A DNA stretch of 64,000 bases from Camelus dromedarius (taxonomy: Eukaryota), in the NCBI RefSeq assembly GCF_036321535.1, contig NC_087438.1, positions 1,242,001 to 1,306,000 on the forward strand. The letters run 5' to 3'. The translations under genes and the position numbers were made by a program. Position 1 is the stretch's first letter. Every line of letters starts with the position of its first letter. Positions 36,456 to 49,755 of the stretch are shown here, one piece after another. The notes under the pieces were generated by a model that saw only the letters and a list, made by a program, of their open reading frames with translations, was not told where the DNA came from and searched no databases.

Positions 36456-39124
36456 CTCCATGCAGGAGCTTGTGTAGGTGTGAGCTGAGTCCGCGGGGAG
36501 TGGGCTTGCGAAATGTGACTTCCTTTCAAGCAGGTCCAAGCACGTGGATGGTAAGAACATCATTTCTCCTTGAAAGTCTCAAGTGTGAGATCGGTGATGC
36601 TGGGGCCTGGCAAGGAGCAGCTGTCCAGGTTCTGGGCCCAAAGCCCACCGGCCGGGTGGAAGGCAGCCCCTCTGGATATGAGGCCCCGAGGCTGTCTTGG
36701 CTCTGCCAGCCTCCAGCTCCCGCCGCCCAGGTGTCCGCTCACTGTCCCTGCCCAACAGTGCCCTCCAAGGGGCTTCCCTGGGGGAAGGGGTTCCCTGCAG
36801 CATCCTCACTGTCCCGAGTCCTCGCCCAGCCCACGGCCTGCAGCCCCGGGCTCAGGCCCACGAGGCTTGGACACATGCATGGAGTGGCTGGGCCTCACTG
36901 AGGGGTCTGATGATTCAAGGGGCAGGAAGCACCTGCCCCGAGCCCACGACAGCTCTTCCTCCATTCATCAGGCTCCTGGACCATCTCCAGATTCCCAGAT
37001 TCCATATTGAAAGGCACAGTCAATGGAGTGAGGACCCCAGCAGCCCTGGATGACAGCAGGTGGGGCAGGGGGACCTGAGGGTGGGGAGGGGCCTGACGGG
37101 CTAGCCGGCAAGGCTGGATGTGACTGTTGAGGGCCAGCTGCACACATGCCAGGGTGATCAGACGGATGTGTTCCCCACGTAACTGCATGACAGCAGGGCG
37201 GTGCTGCCGCGTGGGGACCCTCAGGTGGGTGTGCACCCGGCTGCGCCTGGCTGGTCCTGCTCCCGGCCTGGCCTGACCTGGAGGGTAGGTCAGCGATCAC
37301 GGGCCAGACCATGGAGTGTATTCCCAGGCAGGTTTCACTGCAGGCGACTTCAGGCACCTCCAGCAAGCCTGGGAGGTTTCCCACCTTCCACGGGTGTCCT
37401 CAAACACAGCAAGGTTCACACTTGAGCCAGAGAAGGCCGGGGTCGTGTGGGAAGGCTCTGACCTGGGACTGCGAGAGCAGGGCCCATCCTCGGTCCCCCT
37501 GCCAGACTTCCTGCCACCATGGGGGAGTCTCTGAGCTGTGTGACCACTCGTGGCCATTTATGGCCTGTGGACGTGGGTAAAGTATCTGCAGGGGGTGGCT
37601 GTCCCCCTCTGGGGTCCCTCAGCCACTCCACGTCTCTACCCCTGAGGGCGTGAATCCTCTCCAGGAGCCTCCTGTGCTTGGTGGGCCGATGGTTTCTGTG
37701 CACCAGCACCTTCCAGGGCCCTGCTCCAGCAAACCTGCCCACAGGCTCAGGGACACACAGAGCCACCTCTCTGCACAGGAGCTCGAAACACGGTTAAAGC
37801 AACCACAGCGACCATGTTACCACAGGTGACCACCACACACCTTCATGTGATGGCTTCTGGTTGGGGCTCGGAGAAGGTGGGGGTGCGTAGAGTGCAGATT
37901 CCCGAGCCGAGGTGTGTCCCTGCGAGGTTCACGGCACACCTGTGGGTTCTGGATGCAGAGTGGATGGGGAGGCTCAGGCCAGAAATGCTGGGGGAGCCTC
38001 TGCATGGACCTTGAGGGTTTATTTCACAAACGCGGTTCCAAATAGGGTGGCATTTCGTGTGAGATTTGTGAGGGTAGGGGGTGGGACACGCACAGCCTGG
38101 AGGGAACCCCAGGCACGGACACCCCTGTACTCTTCCCGACAGGATGCTGGTTGGGGGAGCTGGTCAGCCACAGGTTCTTTGTCTGTTTCATCCCAATTTT
38201 ATTAATGGCCTTCTCACGCTTTGGTTAAATCACACTGTTTTAATAGTCACTTGTGAATTCCGTATTTTGTTTCCAATTATAAGCTACAAATCATTTGTTT
38301 ATGGCGATCATTTAAGGCTCAGTGACACTCTGCCCTGGAATCAGGCTCCTGGGTGCACTTTAAATGTCGTTTGCCAGGGCTAATGAGTCTGCCCAGAAAT
38401 AGACACCAGGAAGTAATTTACAGCCCATCTTCCCGGAGTCTCTGTATCTCCTGTGGACCGCTGCCCACAACAGTAACTCACATCTGTTCCCCGTTTCCTT
38501 TGAAGCCTGCAGGTCCCAGCGCCTCCTGTGGAGACAAGGCCAGCTGTGCAGTTTTCTGCGTGCACTTGGGGGGTCTGGAGGCAAGTACCCCTCTCCCACC
38601 TGTGGACCATGGGTCTGATGCTTCCTTGTGCTCTTGGCCACAAAGCCTGGGAGGAAAGGGGAGGCCCCTTCCTCTGAGCCTGGCCGTGCAGTCTGGCACC
38701 TGGATAAGCTGTGTCCTGGCCGATGGCAATGAACTTGTGTGGACAGGGGCGCCGTTCAGATTCCACTCAGCTCGGAGCCGTGGCCATGAACTCAGGACCC
38801 GGGGCCCCTCCGTCTCGGAGCTTCCTCACCGGAAACTTCACAGCAGCTGCCCCTCTGAGCCGTCAGGGCGGAGAGGAGAGGAAGCAGGCTTTACAAGACT
38901 GTCCTAGAGATGCGAATGCACGAGTCCATTACTCGGGTCCGGGGAGGCTTCCACGCCTGCAGTCCTGTCTCATTCAAGTCAACGTCCACTTCAGCAGCAC
39001 TCCGGACAGGAGCAGGCGAGACATGACTGCTTAGCAGTTATTCAGAAGAGAGCTTGGGACCTTTCCCTCGTCCCAAATTGTCTGCTTTGGCTTCTTCAAG
39101 AAAATATGAGGAAAATCATGGCAA

Positions 39125-39260
39125 CATGTACTCTGAGTGCTTCTGTTTGTAATTTAACCCTCAAAAAGTCTCTGTGAGAGAGGCAGAGTTATTGCGCCTT
39201 TTCACATTTGGGAACTAAGGACCAGAGAGGGTGAGTGCATTTCCCCAGATCACACAGTGA
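39125..39260 (-). mobile_element. MIR SINE
   Basis: ATTTAACCCTCAAAAAGTCTCTGTGAGAGAGG...GGGAACTAAGGACCAGAGAGGGTGAGTGCATTTCCCCAGATCACACAG. Confidence 0.75.
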
Positions 39261-41689
39261 TGTGTGTTCTCCTGGGGAGCAGGTTGCTGGGGGTGCCAAC
39301 CAGATATGTTACAGGTGGTGGCCTCTGGTCTCTCGGGTGTTAATGGACCCTGAGCTGCAAGGAACCACGAGGCCCCCAAGCTTCCCGGCACATCCAGGGG
39401 CCGGGCTGGAGCCCCGCAGGACGTCCCCACCTGCCTTCCCGCCTTTCTTGCTCTCAACACCCGGTCAAAAGGCTGCTCTTTAGAGTTAGTTGCTTGCTTG
39501 TTTGCTCTGATGACATGTCTTGCCCCGGCGGTGTCAGCGCGCACCCGCCGGGAGGGGGGCAGGGCAGGCTTCTGGGGGGCAGCCCGCCACCACCACCTCC
39601 CTCGGGGTCTGGGAGCGCTCACTCCTGGTTCCTGGGTGCTGGGGGGTTCATCTCGGCCGCATCACCACAGTTCTTTGTGGATCTGTGAGGACGGAAATGT
39701 GGAAAGCAGCCCTGAGAACTGGCGCCCTTAGCTTACCGCGAGGACCAGGCGGTTGTAACAGCATCTCTCTTCCCCGCAGACAGACTGCCATCAAGGGCGT
39801 TTTCAGCTCCCAAGGCAAGGCCAGCACCGCCTGGCGCCCGTCCATCCTCGCCCTCCTGGCCCGTCCCTTGCGTGGGGACCTGGTGTGTCTGGGCACCTCA
39901 GGGTCCTTGGTCAGCTAAAGTCAGGCAGATGTCCCACCCCTGTAACACGATTAGGTTTTTGCCAGTGCATGAAACAGTGCCGGTCAGCATTACCGAGTGA
40001 CACTCACTGAGAGCGTGAGGGATGTCACACCTCCAGCCTCGGCCCGCTGTGTTTGGACACATGTTCTCCCAGATTACCTGAGTAGCAGGGCCTCCTGAAG
40101 TTAGGGGGAGAGTTTGAAAATGCTGAGGGAAGCGGCTTCAGCCCTCCCGCCCCATGGGCTCTGGCGCGCGTGTGATGTTTGGAGACAGGAGGCGGGAAGA
40201 CATGTTCCAGAAAGGATGGGAGGCTGGGAAATTCATTTATTCTAAAGTTTTCTCTTAGAGTTGCGGGGATGAACTTAACAGCCCCTGACCTCCGCGCCTC
40301 CCTTTTATTTCTTTTTGGGGTGTTGCCTGAACACCCAACTGGTGGATGGGCCTCATCCAGTGGGCTGGGCTCTCTGCTGGCAGCTGTGCTCAGGTGTGCC
40401 TGCCCGCACCTGCTCAGCAGTGAGAACTGTTCTCCAAGGCAGGACAGGAGGTGTGCGTGCAACCCAGCTGAGCACAGCCACCTCCTAGAGGCGGGCCGTG
40501 ATTTCTCCTCCTCTTTGTTCGGGGAAACTCCTGCGTACCCAGTTTGATCAGGGGGCCGACTGAGGGCTGGTTTGGTGGAAAACAGGGGCAAGAAGCCCCA
40601 CACGCCCTCCTTTCTCCAGGGTGAAATTAGCAGGGGGTGGTGTTTCGAAGGAGTGTAGTGGGTGGGGAGGAGGCTGGGGAGAGGACCTTCCCACGCTTAG
40701 GAAACCTGTGCACTCGGGGTGGGGGGCTTGGGGACATCGAGGCCAGGCTGTGTCTCTCCTCTGGATCCACCAGCCACAGAGCCCAGGGGGAAACCCAGGG
40801 TGAAGCGGGATGAAGGGTGAGCAGCCCCAGGCAGAAGGCAGAGGCAGAGAGGCTCATCTCCACCCGGAGGCTGAGGCTCAGGGTGCCCCATGGTGCTGCG
40901 TCTGGGGGACAGACAAGGGGTGACATCATGCTGAGACCGGAGGCAGGGGCAGGGGCCGGACCACGGCCTGGCACTCTTCTACAGGCGGCTTTTTAACAAG
41001 ACACCAGCGTCCCCCCTCCTCGACCGGCTCCCTTTGCTGCTCCCACTCTGTCTGCGTTGGGAGGGCTTGGTCCCTGGCGTCAGGCGAGCCGAGGGCAGGA
41101 GCACCGGGGAGAAGGGGGCCTGGGTCTGACTGCAGCTCCTCAGTGTTGGGGTGGGATGTGTGCTCCTTCACGGGGTGTCCTGGAAACAGCAGGGTGGGCC
41201 CTACCCAACCCTCCTCCCCGTCCCAGGGGCTCCGGGTGCTGCAGCAGCTGCTGACTCTCGGGTGCCTCTCACCCCGATGGCAAGGGGCACGAGGAAGGAG
41301 TGACACCACCAGGGACAGCAAACCCTCGGGCTCTGCCGTCCTGACGCCGTGAGCCGTCCTCCACGCAGCGTCCTCGGCAGGAACGGACCCTGTGTCTCCG
41401 AGACGGTCACTGAAGACACTCCTCTTGCTGAGAAAAGGGTGCCACAGCCCGGGGTCTCTCCTCACTGGCGTCTGTGCGAGAGGCGCCTCCCGGAGCCTCC
41501 CCGACGCTCGCAGCGCTTTGGCAGCAGACTCGGGTCTCTGGGAGCACTGGCGTTTGCTGTGACTGGTGACGTGTCTCAGGTATTGATGTGTAATAGCGCA
41601 GATGCTCAAAGTCAGCAGTTCGGTGGAAGGTCTGAGAAGGCTGGCCCGGGAGGTGAGAGCGCAGCAACCCGGACCCTGCAGGGCGTGCG

Positions 41690-44600
41690 CACAGGTGGCC
41701 CTCTCTGCTCATCTCAGGCTGCTTTTGTATCTGTAGCAGCGTTTTACTGGTTTACTTCACAGGGCTTGCCCACCTTCTGTCAAATTTATCTCTAAGTATC
41801 TAATGTGTTTCTAATGCTCTTGTAAGTGATCTTGTTCTGTTTTGTTTTTTCACTTTCCAGTAATTCGTTGTGAGTGTGCGGAAACATGACTGATTCCCCT
41901 GTATTGACCTTGTACCCTGTGACTTCGCTAACATCGCTGACTAATCCCGATAGCTTTTGTGGATTTTGTAGATTCCACCAGATTTGCTACATAAATGATT
42001 GTGTCATCTAAACAATGAGGGCAGTTTTATTTTTTTCAATCTGGAAAATGTATATGTGTAACTTGTGTGGCGAGAATCTCCAGCCCAAGACTGAGCAGAA
42101 GTGATGGGAGCAGGTGTCTTGGCCTCCCTCCAGGCCTTGGGACACGAAGACGTTAGTCCTTCATCACTGGGGAGAGGACTAGCCGTGTCGTCTGGATGCT
42201 GTATGTTCGCAGACGCCCTCTGTCACGTTAGGGAAGTTTCTTCTATTACTGGCTTGTTGAGAATTGTTATCGAGGATGGATATTGGGTTCCTCTCAGATG
42301 AACTTTCAGTACCTAGTACAATGACCATGTGGATTTTCCCTTTTAGTTTGGTAGTGAGGTGGATTGCTTTGATTAACTTTTGATTTTTAAAACAATCTTG
42401 CATCTTGTGATAAACTCCATTTGCTTATAGCATACCATCTTTAGATTTATTGGATTTGGTTTGCTAACGTTTTGTTAAGAATCTTTGCTTCTGTAAGAGA
42501 TGTTTGTTTGCAGTTTTCTTGTAATACCTTTTAGTCTGGTTTCGGTTATATCAGTGTAATGCTGGCCATACTAACTTGGAAAGTATCACCTCTTTTTCAT
42601 TTCATTTATAATCCTTCACAACTGTTTGGAAAATGTACCTGGGGATCCACCTCAAGTTTTTCAAGTGCAAAGGTCTTTAACTACAGTTCAACTAGCAGTT
42701 TTACCTTTTGTAGTGGATGTAGAGCTATTCAGGTTAATTTTTATTTCTTTGAGTAAAACTTGAAAGTTTGTTCATTTAATAAATTCATTTTTTCACCTAA
42801 GTTGTCAACTTGAAGGGTGTAGAGTTATTTGTATTATTCGATTATTTTCCTTTTAATATCTATAGACTCTGTAGTGATGTCTCATTTCTGATATTGCTCA
42901 TTTGTATCTTCTCTTTTTTCTCTCCTGGTCAATATAACTAGAAGTTTATTAATTTTATTGAGCTCAAACAACAGCTTTTGGTTTCCTTCCTTGGTTTTTT
43001 TTTCTGTTTTTCCTATGCCATTAATTTCTATTCTTATCTTTTTTTCTCTATTTTCCTTTTTCTTTTTATTTCCTTTAGGCTTAATGTGCTGGTTTCTCTA
43101 GTTTCTTAAGGTAGAAGAAGAGGTGATTAATTTGATATGTTTCTCACTTTATAACGTAGGCACGTGAGCCTTATAAATAATGAGCATCCAGCTTAGCGCC
43201 GCCTAAGATGCACCCCGCGCATTTTGACGTGTTGTGTTATGCTTTTCATTCAGTTCCATTTTTTTTCTTTATATTTATTTTTTGGAAACACTTGTTTTAA
43301 GTGCTTTATACAGTTTACAAATATTTAGGAGTTTTCCAGATTTTTTCTGTTACTGACTTCTAATTTAATTTCATTGTGGTTAGAGAATATAGCTTGCATG
43401 ATTTGAAGTCTTTCAAATTTACTAAGACTTGTGTTAGTGTCAGAGGATAGTATATCTTGGTAAGTATTTTGTGTGCCCTTGAGAACAGTAAGTACCTGAA
43501 CGTGCAGACAGTGTGTACTGCAGTGCCCTGTGAGCGCAGCGCAGAGCGGGCGAGTTTGCAGCGCACGCCGTGCCTTCTGCGTGCTCCCCGATTTCCTCTC
43601 TACTTGCTCTAAACGTTACTGATAGAAAAGTGTTTAAATCTCTGATCATAATTGTGTATTTTTTCTAAAACCAGCAAAACTCCTTTAGTTTTATCAGTTT
43701 GTGCTTCGTATTATTAAGGGCATACATTTTTAAGGTTTTTTGTGGCTACTTGACGGATTGAACCCTTCACTATTATGAAATAATCTTCTTTAACCCGGAT
43801 AATATTCTTTGCTCTACTTTGTCTGATATTAATACAAGCAGTCCAACTTTCTTGGATTACTGTTGGAATGGTTTATATTTTCCCTTTTTTGCATTCAAGA
43901 GAGTTATAAAGGTTAAATTTTTTTGGTGATGGCTTCAGGGCATATGAGCTGAATGGTTAACTTACCGCAGCTACTTTCAGGTCATATGCTACCACGTCAC
44001 GCGTAGAACGAGGGTCCAGTAAAAGTGCACTCACAGTTCACTCTCTTGGTCCTTGAGCTATTCTTGTTATAAATTATATTTCTACACATGTTTTAAACAC
44101 CTCAATACACTGTTGTTATTTTTCTTCAAATAGTCAATTGTCTTTCAAGAGATTTTTTAAAAAATGTCATTTATACTTACCTTTCTTGATGCTCTGTTTT
44201 ATTCTAGATTCCAACCTGGTGCCATTTTCCTTCTTAAAAGACAGGTCAGCGGGCTATGAAGCCTTTTCAGCTTTTGTGTGTTTGAGGTCTGCTATGCCTT
44301 TTATGATGCCTTCATTTCTAAGTTATTTTTGCTGGGTGCGTTCTGTTCTGTTTTGTGTTTTCTGTCAGAACTTCGAAGCTGTTACTTCACTGTCCTCCGG
44401 TTTGAATTGTTTACAGTGAGAAGTCTGCCAGTGCTGGGTCTGCGTTCATGCTGTATTCCTCTACCTCTTCTCTGGCTAATTTTAAGGTTGTTTACCACTG
44501 ACAAAGCAATTTGATTACAACACACCTTGTGTTAGTTTTCTTCATGTTTCTTGTGCTACAGTTTTGTTGAGCTTTGGAATCTGCCTAAATTCACCAACTT

Positions 44601-44900
44601 TAGACATTTTTAGATCACTTCTTCAAACACTTTTCCCTTCCCTTCCTCAGGATCTCAAACGACACACGCATTAGATCGAAGTCACCCCGCCACTCACTCG
44701 TGCTCAGTCTCTTCCGCTACGTGCTTACGTTTGGCTAGTTTTTCTTGCCACCTCCTCGGGCTGAAAACTCTTGCTTCACACAGTTTGTCAGTTTTCTTTT
44801 TAGTTATATCGACTGGGAGAGTAACCCCCCTCCTGTTACTCCATCTGGGTAGAAGTCTAGGCTGTTTTGAAAGTTGTCTAGATCAGCGCCTACATTAGCA
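41690..44900 (-). mobile_element. Large decayed L1M element (ORF2 EN-RT region and upstream), multiple internal deletions
   Basis: ORF 42179..42403 MQDCFKNQKLIKAIHLTTKLKGKIHMVI resembles L1 ORF2p MQGWFNIRKSINVIHHINRxKxKNHMII. ORF 43360..43566 LFSRAHKILTKI resembles endonuclease FFSxAHGTFSKID. T-rich + strand throughout. Confidence 0.85.
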
Positions 44901-44924
44901 GCTGGCATAAGGGAGCTCATACCT

Positions 44925-45100
44925 TTAACTAATAAATACTGAGCAGCAACTACATCCCAGGCTTTGTTCCAGATGCTAGGGCGGTGGGATGGAACCAAAC
45001 AGACAAAATCACCTCCCCGTGTGGGGTTTACCTCCGTCTGGTGCAGAGGACAGTGAACAGGTAAGCAGGATGCATCATATGAGTGATAAATGCAGAACCT
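44925..45100 (-). mobile_element. L2a 3'-end fragment
   Basis: AATAAATACTGAGCAGCAACTACATCCCAGGCTTTGTTCCAGATGCTAGGG...AACCAAACAGACAAAATC. Confidence 0.7.
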
Positions 45101-45139
45101 GGAGTGTCCTGGAGAACTGTTTCTAGCCTTTAAATCTTG

Positions 45140-45260
45140 ACATTCTCTGTAGTAAGATAATAGTAATTAGGGTCTCTACCTTCTAGGGATTTCAGAAGAT
45201 TAACAAAGATAATATGTTCAAAGCCTTTGTAACTGTGTCTGGTACATAGTAAGTATGTGT
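45140..45260 (+). mobile_element. MIR 3' fragment
   Basis: CTACCTTCTAGGGATTTCAGAAGATTAACAAAGATAATATG...GTGTCTGGTACATAGTAAGT. Confidence 0.7.
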
Positions 45261-45287
45261 GCGGTACAAACCCCTCAGGTATTAGCT

Positions 45288-45790
45288 GTCACGGTTGTCA
45301 TCGCCATCCTCACCACCGACATCGTGATCACCACCACCACCACCGCTGTATCATCATTGCCGTCACCACCCTCCCCATCACTGTCCTCACTGCCTTCATC
45401 ATACCAACACCCTCGCCATCGTCATCACCACACCTCGTCATAACTGCCATCATCAGCAACATAACCCACATCATCACCATTAGTGTCATCACCACTGTCC
45501 TGCCAGCGTCACCACCATCCCCACCACTACCATCATGATCATCACCACCGTCATCCCCACCACCCTCACCACCGCTCACATCTTCACTAGCACCATCAGC
45601 AACATGACCACCAGCGTTATCATCATCCCACCACTGTCATCTCCAGCACCCTCACATCACCAACAGCATAGCCATCACCACCATCATCACCAGCACCTTA
45701 TCTTCAGTATCATCATCACCACCACCGTCACCATCGCCAGCATCACCACCGTCACCATCATCACCTCATTATCGGCATCACCCACACCAG
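45288..45790. repeat. ~500-bp degenerate (CAC/CAT)n low-complexity repeat
   Basis: Directly visible CACCATCATCACC units; begins at the 3' tail of the adjacent MIR. Confidence 0.9.
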
Positions 45791-47259
45791 CACTTACTCC
45801 TGAAAAGGTCGTCTTCCTAGTCTGGATACTCGACACCTTTGCTGCCATCTGCGGAGGAACGGTTGAGTGACATGGGCTTCCATCCAGGGGAGAAAAAGAG
45901 AACTCTGTAAGCTGGGTGCCAAGCTAATCCTTTCCATTAGGATGAGAGAACAAAACCTTGATTTCAGACTCTGAGAAATGACTTTTCCTACAGACAGTAC
46001 TAGTTACACAGAGCCCCTACTGTTTCTAATTCCACTCTCAAATTCAGAGCTAGAGGTGACTCCACCAGCACCAGAGTGGAATGAATTTCGATTTCAATCA
46101 TTTTACTGGCATGACAAGGTGTACAAGGATTGCCAATGTTAATACATCAAAGCCCAGTGTCTCCGAGGTGTCGTGGAGTGTGTGCCTTTCCAAGTCGGTG
46201 TCAGGCTGTAGCTACTTTAGGTTGTTCCTGCCAAAATTTAGGCTTATTTCAATATTAAAGCTTTTCTTCTTACATCTGCTTTGACAGGATCTCTTGACCA
46301 TTTTCAAAAATTGGGGAGGAATATTGTCTACATTTCCGCATCTTGTAAGGAGGAGTGAAAACCACTTGCTGCCCAATTCAGTGCTTTCCTAGGACAATGA
46401 CTGAGTTCCATTCCAATCGCTTTTTCTGGTCAGTGAGATCGGGAGCGGGGATAAGCCGGGAGCGTCACGCTAGCGGTCGTGTCTGCCCGGCAAGCACGAG
46501 GACGTGCGGCTGGTCAGGGCTGGTCAGGGCTGGCCAGGCACTGGATGCTTAGGAAATGCAATTCACACAGTTCAGTGATCACGGAAGAACCATGTTAGCA
46601 ATTAATCCACCATCTTATCTTGAGATAAAATTACTGACTTTGAGATGGGACAGTTTGGCCAACAATCCAACAGTACTTCTGAGGACTTTTTCCTCACAGC
46701 ATCAAAGAGCACTGCTTATCAATTTTGTTCTATTTGAATTTCTACAGTGGTGCGTGGCCACGGTCGGGGAGGGAATCAGCCAGTACATACATTGTATTTT
46801 GCCCAGTAATATAGTGTTGTCTTTAAAGCTCCATCTTTCTTTCCCTTATTCCTTAAATCCAACATAGGAATTGTAGAAATACAAGAAACGTTCTGTGTTT
46901 TTCTAACCCTCTAATTCTTCCTCCCAGACTCCTGCTCCACAGAGTCAGTGAAGGGCAGGCATCAGGACCGGAAAATTCTAGGTAAGTTTAGGTGTTTCCT
47001 GACCCAGTTCCAACGTTCTCAGACCTACAGTCTAATATAATCTTTTCAGTAAACTGAGGCTTTTCTGGTATTTTCTAAAAAATCAGGCATTTCTTGTGTC
47101 TGACAAATTGTGGCTCCAAATGTTCTGTGTTACAAGCCACCCTCTGCTCCTCCCCTGTGACCTGCCCCCTGCCCAGTGAGTTCTGATTTTGGAGACTCTG
47201 TTTGTGCAACAGTTCCCTAACACTCTCTGTTTCGTATTTTGCGACTGTCTCCCTGGTGG

Positions 47260-47700
47260 TTAAAATGCATCGAGCCAGGGCTGCATTTCAAGCAGGTTTG
47301 CTTTTCCAGAGCCCGGAGGTGCCCAGCTCACTGTGTGCAAAAGAAAATGGATAATGAAGCACTTTAATTAATGTGAATGTTATGAAATTTTAACTGAGGT
47401 TGATGGGCTCCGGTTAAGAATCCATCACTGTCTCTTAATTCTCTGATGAATCTGAGAATCCATGAAACGAAACACCGCCAAGCTACTCACACACAAAGAG
47501 CCAGTCGGACGGGAAGCCTTTGATTTATCGGCTGCCACGTGGGCCGGGTCTGCTGCAGCGTCCCGGGCCTGTGTGAGCCCACAGTGAAGGTCACTCCTGC
47601 CCTCATAGCACCTCATATTCCAGCCTGCGCTCAATCACCAGCCTGCTTTAGGAGGCTTCGACTGATAAACATATTAATTATAGAATGACTCCTTCCCTGG
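47260..47700. promoter_or_regulatory. Candidate conserved non-coding element
   Basis: TTTAATTAATG, TTATGAAAT, TGATTTATCG (47521), CTCAATCA and ATATTAATTAT; repeat-free. Confidence 0.4.
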
Positions 47701-49579
47701 ATGGCTGAGGAGCTGTGTTTCAGGGCAGGTCATACGACTGGGAGGAGAAGAGTCCCTGGCAGGGTCCCGGCAGGCCCCCCAGGAGGGAACAGGATCCCTG
47801 GCGAGCTCCTCCGGGCACAGTTTTCTGAAGACTGGAAACTGAGGGTTCCTTCTGGGCCCTCAGTAGCCCAGAGTTCTGAGCAAAGTCAAATTTACAGTAA
47901 CGCTGGGCTCCTGGTCTTAACCCACTTAGAGAGGATTCTCGGCCTTTCCCAGTGTGCCCAGTACTTCTGTGAGGTGCTGGGGGCTTCCTGGCCCATGAGC
48001 TGGCCCCCTTCCCTGTCCTTGTCACCTCAGCTGCCTGGGACGCAGCCCCTCCACCCCGGCTCTGGCCTCTGGGCTGGGCCTCTGGTCAGCCCGCCCGCTG
48101 TCCCTCGAGCCTGGTTGAGAAGACGTGCTCCCTCCTTCCTCATGGTGCCCAGTTTGCCTGGGTTCCTCCGTCCCATGGGGCCACAGGGCTGGGTTTGCCT
48201 GGCAGGGATGGCGGGGCGGGGATGGGGTCCCGTCCCACTGCCCCCGACGCCAGCCCTGGGGCTGCCCGAGGCTCAGTCCGCTGCAGGCCAGCCCCCTTCA
48301 CACTTGCGTCTGTGGGCTCTCGCGGTGAGATCTAGTCCACGTGGATGTGAAGGGCTGCGGACCTTTCTGATCACATTACATGTTATAAAACTTGTAGTGG
48401 AAAAAAAAATCGAAACTTTTCCAACAATTGCTGCTAATCTAGGTCACTGCCTTCCTGGGAACCTGAAGCTGGCTTTTTAAACCTCAGTCACAAAGTTGCT
48501 GGGTTGGCTTTCTGCGTACTTTTGAGTGTCCTGTGCCGGCCCCACCAGTGCTGCGTGTTCTGAACAGGGCAGGGCAGGGGCGTCCTCTGGAGGCTGGCAG
48601 ACGGCTGCCCGCAGGCAGCACAGACCAGACCTCCTCCCAGGCCACGTGCGCCGCCACCCCAGCACAGGCTGTCCCACCTGCCAGCCGGCACACCTGTGAT
48701 GAGCTCAGTGGGTAACCTGACCTGGCATTTCCCTTCCTGCAAACTTGGAAACTTTCTGGAATAAGAACCTCAAAGCAAGATGTTGGTCTGACGGTTTGAA
48801 GGGCCCTGTGACAGTGGACACTGATTCCTTCCTATTTAGAGTCTAAACTCAGGCCACACAAGTGTCCGATGAGCCTTTGACCCTGAGCAGCGCCTCATCT
48901 GGCCACTGGTAGACAGACCTAGCCGTCAACAAACGTGCACATTTCAAGATACGTGGTCCTGAAAAGAAGAAGTTAGTCATTCCAGGGTGAGACAGCTCAC
49001 CTGCGCCTGGAGCCTCTGGGTCACCTGGTGATGCCACAGATACCTGCTCCCTACTCGCACAGTAACATTTTAGGACGTGTGGTGCGCGGACCACATTTAA
49101 GAAATTAACCACCATGGCGTCATAGGTTCGTGGTTAGAGTTTAGCAGGCACCCCGGGTCCTGATCTTGGGTGGGCACGCCGGGCGTGTTCCAGCCTCCCC
49201 GTTCCTAAGTGACCGTGTGGCTAAGATGTGTCTTTCCCTTCAGTGCTTGAAACGCCATCGGACACCCCAGGAGCTGTGACGCCCTGGCCAGCGTGAAGCT
49301 GTGGGTGGCAGAGGAGAGCATTTCAGGGTGGAGCCCGCTTCCTTACCTTCTGTGCTTCCTCTTTGCTCCGGTGCCCCGGGAGTGACACATGCCTTGTAGC
49401 TTTCTTCGGCTCCCTCCTCGAGGCCGGGGATGGACAGTGTCCCACGGTCACACACGGGTCCTGTCTGTTAGGAACCGCTTCCAGCTTCCCGCTCGTGACC
49501 CTGTGGCCACTGCAGCTCGTTGTTCCTGCCCTCGCTCCGTGTCCCCAGAAGGCGGAGGTGCTTCACTCACACGAAGACA

Positions 49580-49755
49580 TTTAAATAAAAGTCACACTTC
49601 TGTCTGCGACTCATTTTTCCACTGCGCGGGGGAGGCAACCCTATTAAATCAAATTAGATGTGACTTTAAAACTTCCCTTTACAGCAGTCAATTGAAAAAT
49701 CTCAATCCTATCATAACACACTGCCGCTTTATGAGTAAATTGACTTTACTTAGTT
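49580..49755. promoter_or_regulatory. Candidate conserved non-coding element
   Basis: ATTAAATCAAATTAG, GTCAATTGA and TTTATGAGTAAATTGAC in a sharp AT-rich block between GC-rich flanks. Confidence 0.4.

Noticed and set aside
45255..45870. His/Thr/Ile-rich ORFs
   Set aside because: Translation of a (CAC/CAT)n simple repeat.
46508..46537. 10-bp triple repeat GGCTGGTCAG and other micro-duplications (~4595-4635, ~17679-17720)
   Set aside because: Ordinary slippage duplications with no further structure.
47701..48480. Longest ORF (259 aa); likewise 10808-11539, 51642-52346 and 61053-61823
   Set aside because: Pro/Gly/Ala/Arg-rich composition typical of stop-poor GC-rich non-coding DNA; no domain similarity recognised.
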